Of a DNA stretch of 64,000 bases, positions 53,457 through 64,000 are shown piece by piece. The notes under the pieces were generated by a model, which had not been told where the DNA came from, made no database searches, and saw only the letters and a program-made list of their open reading frames with translations. Location: assembly GCA_012295275.1 (NCBI GenBank), contig CM022679.1:20398001-20462000 (forward strand), written 5' to 3'. The translations under genes and the position numbers were made by a program. The DNA comes from Chrysomallon squamiferum. Its lineage: Eukaryota > Animalia > Mollusca. Position 1 is the first letter of the stretch. Every line of letters starts with the position of its first letter.

Positions 53457-56400
53457 GCTGGGAAAGCTAATCACAGCAGTATGTGATTGTGTTAGCATAA
53501 TAATTATTATTAATAAGTGTCATAGAGTAACAGTGAGTATGATGATTTATTATAAATGTGTTGATTTACATACAATTTTTCACTGGTGGAGAGTGAAATG
53601 GCTGTTTTGTGCTTGTGGCAGATACTTGGTGGTTGTTTGTGGTCATTTCTCTGACACTGAGGATTCTGGATTTTTGCAGAAGGAAAAAGAAAAAAGGAAC
53701 CAAAGATTTTGTTAAAGAGTTGAAAACTGAAAATGTTTGATTGTTATGAGAGTGGTGGATATTTTTGTATATGATTGAGAAAGAAGAAAGCTTCTTTCCA
53801 ATGTTCATTTCTTTCTGGTGGACCTATATAAATATATCTGTATATATAAATATAATAAAAACTAAAAGTATATATAAATAAAATATATATGTGAGGAACC
53901 AAGTGATGGATTTCTATAAACACACAGTTGTTATAAAAAAAACTTTTTTTTGCAACTTTGAAGTCTTTGAGTAAAATTTGTTTTATTAGAAAGAGAAATT
54001 TAAAAAGAAACAGTTGTTTGTATACCAGTATTTTTATTCAAGTGCTGCAAGATGCCAACTGTGCCAGAATATATGATATGGCGACACATAATAACACAAA
54101 TCTCAAAAAATTAAAAAATATATTGACCATGATAGTGCCTGCAGTACTACGTAATACAGAATCAAGGTGTCACTGTTAATTGTGATGTTACTAAAGATTA
54201 TTACTTTGATTATTATTATTATTATTGTTGTTGAAGAAATGTTTAAAAATCAAACAGCTGAACATGTCTATTGCTGAAGATGGGCAAGGAGATTTTATTT
54301 TTAAATGCTTATAGCTTGACTTTTAGTTTAGAAATCGAAACACAAAATAACATTAATATATCATTTTCAACAAATCTATTTGTTAAAAGCATTGTTTTAA
54401 TCAATTGCATTTCTATGGTTTCATAATAAATGTATTTCATTTGTAAAATCATTTTTTTAATTTAACTGGTACGTAAATCATAAATAATTCAACATTATGT
54501 ACAAATTAATGAAACCGTACCTTAATAATGTTGATTTAATCATTACTTGTTGATTTCACATTGCCATTTAATAACAAACAATTTGTAACTGGTATTATAT
54601 TAAAAATTATTATTAATGAATAAATGAACATATAAAGTGATATGTTAGCAAAGAAGTCATTATCAGTACTGTTTTAATTATCATTTATGTTGATTTTTTT
54701 AATGCCAATGATTAAAATTTAATAGTAATAGTAATTGTAATACCTATATAATTTAATACATATATCTTTGTATTAACATTTGCATAAAAAAGCCCTTGCC
54801 CATTACTTTGTTTTATATATAAATTCTAGACGGATGTTCCTTATAGGAACATCAAAAAAAAAAATCCCAAAACTGGAGTGTACTGAGCATGTTATTCAAT
54901 TTAACCATATTGTCAAAGGTGCTTATGTGATAAACTATCGAAAAAATGTAAATAATTATTAAAAACAACAAGAAATTGAAATTTTCACATAGAAATATCA
55001 TTCCAAATTGGTTGAAACAACACCAGTATGATTGGAAGTATAATTTAAGAGAAGTTTTAAGATATAATATTATTTTAACAGTTGAACTAAGATTCTAAAA
55101 TATTAAAGCATATTAACATTTCAGCCAAGTTTTAAAATGTTCTAGCATATTAATATTTCTGTAAGTTCCTCAAAGTAAAATATATATTTTTTTTAATTTT
55201 TACATTTCATGTTCAGTCTTTGCTTGGTATATTTTATTCCAAATTTTCATCCTTTTTTTCAAAAATATTTTGTTTTTCTTTTTGTGTTGCTAAAAATATA
55301 TGTTTAATAAAAGACGCTTTTATGTAATTGGAAAACCCTTCATACTTGAATTAATCATTTTAAATACTTTCTATAAATCACAAATTATGATTAAATCAAA
55401 TTTTTGATGGATTTTGTAACAGACACATTTACTGCTAAATGTATATTTAAATTGTTAAAATAACTGCCATATTACCTACTCTTATTATTATGTTTATCTT
55501 CATCTTTTTAAATAAGATTAGGATTCTTTTAGGAATGTTTTGCAGTTCTTCATCTTTGTAAAATGCAATTGCTATGCAGGACTATTTAGGAAATGAAACT
55601 GTGTTGCATAAATGAGTAATTTTTGCCCAAAATAATTTTCTAAAACCCCGAAAATTGAAATATTTAAATTTTTGAAACATTCTTTCTAAAATGGTCAGTT
55701 ATAGACATTTGTTTTTCTTTCTTTTTTTTTATTATTATTTTTAATACATGTCTAAACAGTAGTAAATGTATCTGTCACATCTGAACCTGCAGGGGTTCTA
55801 TGGTTTTAAACAAAATAAGAAAAACAATAAAATGGTAACCATTTGTTTTATTAAATATAAATGATAAATATAATCAACCAAGTATTGCTGAATTAATTAC
55901 ATATTGCTTTATTATTTGTATTTAAACAAAATTATCAAATGTGTTGCAAATCTGCATCAATGTGTATGATGTGGTGCCAGCAACATTATTGTCAATATTG
56001 TGCGTTCATATTACTCCCATCAGTAAGTGTAACATTATGGATTTCATTATTATCATTCATACATTGTTTACTTGTGTTCTTTTTTCAAATCAGCATGTTA
56101 TAAAGAAAAGTAAGAGCCTTTGTTTACAAGCCACTTATTATTATTATTTATTTATTTTATTATTAAAGTTTTTGGGTACCATTAAAACATTCATTTTTGA
56201 TAATTTATTCATATAGATGTAAAATAGAACTATTATTAACTTTTCAATACAGTGGTTTATGTAGTTCTCAGATATTAGTTGTTTTGCCAAGTGGTTTTAA
56301 AAACAGGTATAGTCAGTTAAATAAATGGCATATTCTTTTAATTTTAGATTTTTATGAAAAAAGATTAAAAAAATATTACATAGAGAGAATAAACGATTGG

Positions 56401-59200
56401 AATATCTCTAACACAGATCTCAACTGTATATGAAAAGTATGTATTATTCGATTTTACACATGCACACACACACACACACATGTACACAATAACTTTCATT
56501 TACATTTCTCATTCAAAATTTTAACTTGGAGCAAACATCTTTTAAAAAATATTTCAATGCCAGTTTAACATTGTATATTTCTATTACAATTTATTTAAAA
56601 AAAAAAAAAATGTAATAGTAATAATAAAATTTAAAAACAGAAAAAAAAAAAGAAGTAATCTTAAACCAATTTAAACAAAAATTAATATAAAAGTTATAAA
56701 GCAATTTTTCCTGTACTAGATGGTGTATATTTTAGTTTTCAACTGTATGACATGCATTTAAAAATCAGAAGAAAAATATATATTACACTGACAATCATAA
56801 ATAAGTATAGTAGTTTAGCATATTAGTCAAATATATATGAAAGTTGTTTTTTTTCCAGTATGACAAAAGATTTTTCAAAACCTTTTTGACAATATGTAGC
56901 ATTTTAATTTTTAATCTTTTTAGAAAACCATACAGTTCATCATCAGCTTAAGAACTTTTAATTTAATTATTGACATTTTTTAAAAATTTATGATTTAAGC
57001 TTTGGATTTTGTTGTCATCAATCAAATGTCATTTAATTATGGCAAGAAGAAGAAGAAAAAAAATACCACAGTCAGTGTTCCATCATTGTTACTAACCATT
57101 TGTAAATAGTGCAGATCTAATACCAGTTTTTAATTTATAAATTAAAATAGACATTCATTTTCATTTTCTGACATCAGGATTAAGTTGACTGATAGGGTGA
57201 ATGGCAGACATAAATATTACTAAAATGGCTTCACAGAATACAATCAGCTCTAAAGATTTTTAAAAATTTCATTCTAAGATATTTTCTTTACAATGAAGTT
57301 TTTGTTTGTTTCATTTTACTATAAGCCATCAAGATCAGGTTAATTATTTAATTTCTCTCTGATCTCTTTTAGTCTCAGAAAATTTTAATTTAGTTTATTT
57401 TAACAATAATTTTGTAGAAACCGCCAGCACACAAATTTATTATTTTTATTTTTTATTTAAATACTAGGGGTCACCAGTATATAAAACCTTTTGAATGAAT
57501 ATTTAAAAGGACAGTATATATTTATTTAAGAAAAAAATGTTTTAAATGACATAAGATATGCATGTTTTTAAATGTATTTATTTAGAAGTAATACATTTTA
57601 ACATATTTAAAATAAAAATTTTAAAGGATATGTTTTAAATAAAGATAAAATTTTAGAAAAAAGATGAACATTCATTTTTAAGTTTCAATAGAAAATTGGT
57701 TTAAAAATAAAAAAAAACGAAAAATATATATGGTTTTATGAAGATGTATGGTTTTTAAAAGAAATTAGGTGAACATATTGAACTTCACTTCATTGATACA
57801 ATTGTACTGAAAGATTTATTTTTGAGAAAAAAAAAAAATGATGAATAAACTTCCCCTTTGTCGGATACATCAAAGAAAATGTGTTGCTCATTTAAACAAA
57901 CATTTATACAGTTTTCAGACAGCTGTGTTAAGTCTGGGTTTTCATACAGATTTTCTCTTTGGTTTTCAAATTTATTTTTGTATTTTCTACTTAATTCACA
58001 AGTGAGAAAGGACAATGGTCAGTTTGTCTGAGGTTGTTGAAGATTTTCTTCCCTCACATTCTTACTTCAACAGATGTAAACATGTAAACAAATGTTGTGT
58101 GTCTAAGTGTTTACAACTGTAAATCACACATTTCAAGTATCAAAAATGTGCTTTACACAAGTAAATTAGTAGTTTAAACAAGTAAATAAATGGGTAAAAG
58201 TAATGATTCCTGATTTCTTTTTTTCAAAAGTTTTAAAATGGCAAAGTTTATATTTTATATTTTATGTTCTCAATAAGTTATATCTGTATCCAAAAATTCT
58301 TTCAGTTTTTATCTTTAGCCAGTTTTTCTTTCTTTTCTTTTTTTTCATTTTAGCATCATTTTCATACAAATTTTTATTGTAATGGGTTATGGTTTCAGAT
58401 TTTTCTGTTCTGTTTGGGGTTTTCTTTTTAAAATCAGTTTTTGTTAAAAATGGTTAAAAAAAAAAATTAAACACATTTTAAATATAAATAAATGTAAATT
58501 GAATCAGAGATTAAGTTTTTGACAGTTGAAGATTTAGTTGATAACTGTTCATAAGTTTTAACATAATTGTTTTCTTTCAGACTCGTTTCACAAACAAATT
58601 TGTTTACTTTTATCTTGTAAATACATTTATGTTTTCTTTTTATATATACACATATATCAGGTACGGCTACATTGTTTATTAATTCTGATGGTTTCTTTCT
58701 TTTTACTTTTCTTTTTATTTTTTAATATGTTCTTGCTTGTTTTAAGAACTGACTCTTTTGAGTTTAAAAGACTTGTCTGAATTTTTAAATTGGTGTTGAA
58801 CATTTTATTTTGTATTTTAAGTCCAGTTGAAAAATTTTACATTTCAGAAAGAACTAAATACTACTTCTTTCCTTTCATCCCTTTTTTTTTGTTTTGTTTT
58901 CATGGTGCTTTTAGAAAATATTAAATGAGGGGGGAAAAAGCTTCATGTATGTCAAAACAAAAGTTCCTGTTGAAACGAGGCATTAATACTAAAAAAAATC
59001 AGGAACCATTTATCTTAAAATAATTATTTTTTAAACTTTTTGGTATTTTAATTTAATTACAGAGCTGTAGTTAAATTGGTCACAATTGTTAAACAATTTT
59101 TGAGGAATGTTTAACAAAAAAGTAAAAGCCAATTTAAAATATTAATATTTGTGTTACTGGAAAAAAGAAAAATTGTTTGTCTTCCAAAGCTAAGTAACAA
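53457..59200 (+). other. 3' UTR and downstream region of Tcf (end not determinable)
   Basis: Follows the stop codon; AU-rich with many AATAAA hexamers (e.g. near 53877, 54425, 55305); CpG depletion continues to about 59.2 kb. Confidence 0.4.
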
Positions 59201-59251
59201 TATTAACCTTAGCTGTTTATTATTATTACGATTATGATTATTATGATGATG

Positions 59252-59302
<51 letters not shown>
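59252..59302. repeat. (ATT)n microsatellite
   Basis: Directly visible. Confidence 0.95.
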
Positions 59303-59305
<3 letters not shown>

Positions 59306-60824
59306 TATAATCCATGCTGTTCTGGTGAAGCAGGTTATGTCCCGTGTTCAGTTTTTCAGTCAGGAAAACATTTGCATAACATTAAAAACAAACGCACCTC
59401 AGAGAAATTTCTTTTGAACTACTTATTTCAATGTTTTATTTTTTATTTTAAGTTTATAAACATTGGCTCGATTTCCATGCAGTTTCATCTCATTATCATT
59501 ATTCTATTACTGATCTTGTATTTACGTTAAACGTCATTTCTGTAATAAACGTACAGTTGAAACTTGTCTCCGAAGTTTGTTATTTTTTTTAATCTTCTAC
59601 AAATTCACTTACAAATTTTAGTTTAGGTCGTGGATTCCCAACCCTTTTTTAGAATTTCGGAATCCATAAAATATTATAAACCAATAAATATGACATGCGT
59701 TCATACCGAAATCTTAATTATTTTTGTGGATTTTATTTAACTTCTTGAAAAAAATTCGCAAAAACCTTGAGATTGGTTTAACCCAAGATACCAATCGGTA
59801 ATTTTAGCCATATTAATCAAACTAACAGTCCATAAAATATAATAAAATAATATTTATATTGTAGCATATTTGGACAGCTGGTAAACATTAAGATTATTAT
59901 TATTATTATGTTTTATGTATTTATTTATTGTTTTAGTTGTTAAAAATTATATTAATAATACTAATAATAGGCACAATAAAATAACCTAAGATTTTCTAAA
60001 CTTGTCGACTATAACGAAATAATTCTTAACTTGGAACGAAAAAAATTTCTTCAAAAGCTTTCTGCAAAAACAACATCGGAATGAGGGCGCATAATGAAAT
60101 AATAAGTAAAGATAAGCTTAATTCCTTTGGTTAAGCTGTAACTGATTACGTACGTTTAACATTTCATTAGATTTATTATTACCTTGTATTAAGCTCTGTT
60201 TATTGTAACAACATTATTTAGCTACGAAAGCGTTTATCCATTGCTTTTCGTTCCTGTTAAATCTATATACATTGAAATTATTTTATATTTAAATTAATGG
60301 CAACTCGATAAAATCGCTTGATTTATTTTGACATTTTACGTCGCAGAACGCATTTGTACTACAACCAGGATAAATTTAAGCGTTTATAAAAAAAAAGAAT
60401 GGTGAAAAAAGACATACAAAAAATCTTTGAAAGTGTATTAATTTACAGCTCAAATTCTAGGTCGATCCTCTCAACAATATGCTGTAGATAGTATTAAATT
60501 TAAGACAGAGATTAAAAATTAATTATTTGTGAGAAAGCCGCAGTTGTTAAATTATCTAAGAACGTAACCGTAGATTCATAATATTAATACGTTGTGTCGT
60601 GAAGTATAAACTCGTTGTTAACTTTTGACTGGTCACTATCACACAGTAAAGTTCCGAAAAGCAGATAGGTGATAATTATGTCCCGCTATGTAGAATAAAT
60701 TTCAGGAATACATATCCAACTTTTCAACATCCAGAGTTTTAACCATTACAAAAGTGACGAGGTATTGGCAATGCCCAACATGTAAATAAATATTAAACAC
60801 AGAAATTTATGATGTTGCAAAAAT

Positions 60825-60964
60825 CCTTTGATGGTGCCCACTGCGGCATAAAGATGAAAAGAAATCTTAAAGAAGTTCCTGTCTGTTCCCAATAATGTTG
60901 ATAAATTTCGCTTTGATGTCGCCCGCTTCAAACGTTTAATTTACAGCTTGCCAAATACCGCCCG
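60825..60964 (+). promoter_or_regulatory. Candidate Wnt-response element: two HMG sites plus GC-rich helper-like sites
   Basis: CCTTTGATG (60825) and GCTTTGATG (60910), with TGCGGC (60842; GCCGCA on the minus strand), GCCCGC (60921) and ACCGCC (60957) nearby. Confidence 0.35.
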
Positions 60965-61951
60965 CTGAAATAAGTCTAGAAATCCACAATAAATATTTAA
61001 ATTACCTCATGTGAAATTCGTAGCTATCCGAATCTACAGATTCCACTTAACAAAATTTTAACGTCTTCTGCAGTTTCACCGATTTAATTTATCACGTCCA
61101 CTTTCTATTTTTTTTTGGTTGAATATATCTGTGATTTTCGTAGGTTCTTATGTTGTTTAATATTTAATTTTAACTGTTTGCTTAATTTTTAATTTTTTAA
61201 AACCCATTTCATTTTCTTTGTGTCCGTTAATTTTGTTTGTAATATTCGTATGTCTTTTAATACTTTATGCAAATTATTTAATTAATATTGATTTTCATTG
61301 ATTTTTATAAACATTATACAAAATTTTTAAAATAAATAAATAAATAAATAATAAAAAATAAGGTCAACAAATTTACATATAAAGGTTTTAAATTAATAAA
61401 GTAGCAGTAGTAGTAATAAATAATGATAATAAATTTGTTTTGTGTGTAAATGTTTATTTATGTAACAGGCAGCTTGAAAATATAATATACTGATATGAAG
61501 AGAAATGCTAAGAGAGAGACATTAAGGAAATACAGTTTCTATTTTATTTATTTATTTTAAACTGATTCCAGAGAAAGGCTGAAAAGTAGTTAAATTACTC
61601 ATCTTGATGAAAAGAGATTTGAATATGTGCGTTTGTCGTTACAAGGTATCATCAAACATTAGTATTTTTTCTCTTTGATGAATTTTTGTATCAGTCCCCG
61701 GTCATCTTTCTTTGTAGGCGTTGAATTCAATCAGTTCAACAAACATATTTAATCGGATACTCAGTGTTTTCTGAAATATTTTATTAGCCATTTCAGTCGT
61801 CTGTATATCATAAAGAATCAAGTGCTAGCTTTAAAAATGTACTGCCTTCAAGAGGGGGCGCAGAATCCTTTTTTTTTTAATATGACAAACATTTTCTCAC
61901 CCATTTTAAAACAATAACCGTTTTTTTTTTTGTGACATATTTAAATGTATT

Positions 61952-61988
61952 TATTATTATTATTATTATTATTATATTATTTTTTGTT

Positions 61989-62071
<83 letters not shown>

Positions 62072-62083
62072 TTATTATTATTA
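61952..62083. repeat. Compound (ATT)n/(GTT)n/(ATT)n microsatellite
   Basis: Directly visible. Confidence 0.95.
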
Positions 62084-62834
62084 TTTATTTATAAAGCCTG
62101 CTTCACATTTTATCTTCGTTTTGGATTGGCGGTCTAAATTAGTACGGCTTAAAAAAATGCACTGGATTCGCCCCTCATTCAGATGACATTTAATATATTG
62201 ACATAAATTTTTACAAAAATACTCGGAGGCTTCGGTGTTGCTATACAGAAAGACTACCATTTGAAACTTGAGTAACGTCGAGCTGTTGAAAGTGACTCTT
62301 TTTATCGGGTGGTTTTACATTTTTATGATTTTTGTTTTCTTCTTAAATTTGATATTGATTGTTATATACCTGATTTTTTTTAAGTAAAGCTGCTGTTATC
62401 TATTCGAAAAAATCTGTTAATTAGTAATGAAAATGAAACATTAAAAATATCTAATCAGACGAAAACAATAATATATATGTATGTATGTATGTATAATTTT
62501 ATGTATTTACTACTTATAGAAGAGACAAAAATGACTGTATCGCAGTATCTTCTCTTTAGCATTTCTATTTATTTGTAATAATGGTAACAGTAGTAGTCAC
62601 TGCAGTGGAATATAGTTATAGTAGTAGAGGTAGTAGTTTTCTACAGATACTGTTACCAAAGCAGCAGCTATAGTAATAGTACTAGCGATTTTACACTATC
62701 AACGTTAATACTACTATTACTACAACTACTGTATGTACTTCTACAGTTACTAACTCGGTGGGACGTTGAACGTGCTTTCCTTAAGTTCGCTAATTTATTT
62801 GTCAAATTATGATTGTGGATGTTTTAAAATAGTA

Positions 62835-62836
<2 letters not shown>

Positions 62837-62902
<66 letters not shown>
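62837..62902. repeat. (AG)n microsatellite
   Basis: Directly visible. Confidence 0.97.
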
Positions 62903-62903
<1 letters not shown>

Positions 62904-64000
62904 AATATAAACATTTTAAAAATTAAAAAGTATAAGATGTTTCTTTCATTTTATTCTTCTTAGTTTATTTTATTACTATTTTTAAAAATTATTTTTAGTT
63001 ATACTCCTTTTTTCTTTATTTCTTGAATTTTAATTTAACTTTTTTTTCTCTTTTTTTTCGATTTTCGTGTTGTTTTTTTTTCTTCTTTTTAAATCTATTT
63101 CAAAGAAAATTTTATAATTGATTCTGGAATGTTTTTTTTTTTTTTTTACTAAAACATAAAGTCGATTAGTCTTAATAAAAGGCAAATATTGTTAAGATTA
63201 ATATAGTTATTAACATCAATTAAGATTAATAGAATTTTAATGTAAAATGGATTTTAAAAAAAAAAAAAAAAGAAAAAATATGAAGAAACGAAAAGTAAGA
63301 GAAAAAAGAGTTTTTAATTTAAATGATTTGTGACATTTGAACAAAAACTGTAATAATATTTATGAAATGAAAGAATGAAAGAATGAAGGCAATTATCAGT
63401 TTGTCTAGATCAATTTGGCTTTCTCATCTCTTTTCTTTCTTCTCTCACTCTAACAACAGTAAAGTTTGGGTATGTTTACCTTCACATGCGCTCTAACTAG
63501 CTAACATAGACAGATACTCGTGAAGTCATTCAACCAAACACACCAACTAACAAAAGAAATAATAATAATAACAACAACAACAACAATAATAACAGACGAA
63601 GAACGACATTAACAACACAAATAAGAGGAAGAACAAAAATGATAAAGACGACGAAGATGATGATTACGAATGATTACTGATGATGAACACGACAGACTGT
63701 TGATGATTATACCAAACATTTTATAATCTACGACAAGAAAATCTTAACTAACAAATGGAAGAACGTACAGCTCGCGCATCAGCTAGTTTATTGGAAACTG
63801 AACATTTTCAGAAACAACCTTTGATAGGGATTTTAATTACGATTCTTCTTGTTTATATAGAAGTAGAACTGATTGAATTACGTGCTTCTTTAGATCAAGG
63901 AACGGTATTAAAGATACCCGACCATTCAGTGTTAAGATGCAATCTTGTAAATTCCATTATGATTACAGGGTTCAACAAAAACCAGGTAAAGAGCCATGTC

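Noticed and set aside
61932-62186. Poly-Leu/Ile ORF (likewise 59234..59530, 62766..62963, 4797..5050, 28748..28975)
   Set aside because: All are microsatellite read-throughs.
63550-63740. AAC/GAT-rich stretch that looks like low-complexity coding sequence
   Set aside because: No ORF of 60 aa or more in the track and no recognisable domain; best explained as decayed trinucleotide repeats.

Overview
This is AT-rich, microsatellite-rich animal genomic DNA. The peptide style suggests a spiralian, probably a mollusc (inference). Almost the whole window is the 3' part of one + strand TCF/LEF (pangolin) gene, the nuclear effector of Wnt/beta-catenin signalling. The exon encoding the beta-catenin-binding N-terminus lies upstream of the window. 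I reconstructed a phase-consistent exon chain by hand: a probable 17-nt microexon (235-251), four Pro/Gly-rich exons, the HMG box, basic tail, C-clamp and an acidic last exon ending at 53456. The main signal is a combinatorial splicing system acting on the DNA-binding modules. (1) The exon for the N-terminal part of the HMG box is tandemly duplicated (45419-45605 and 46363-46543), and including both copies or neither gives an immediate stop, so they must be mutually exclusive. (2) The C-clamp exon is skippable and the last exon is open in two frames. (3) The last intron holds several candidate stop-containing alternative exons and a cluster of RBFOX motifs. (4) A candidate intronic alternative first exon (27950-28195) would give a TCF lacking the beta-catenin-binding domain. 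Also present are CpG-retaining intronic islands, a sharp CpG transition near 59.2 kb, a candidate bipartite Wnt-response element downstream, and many simple repeats. I saw no RNA genes, CRISPR arrays or recognisable transposon ORFs. Most ORFs in the supplied track are spurious.
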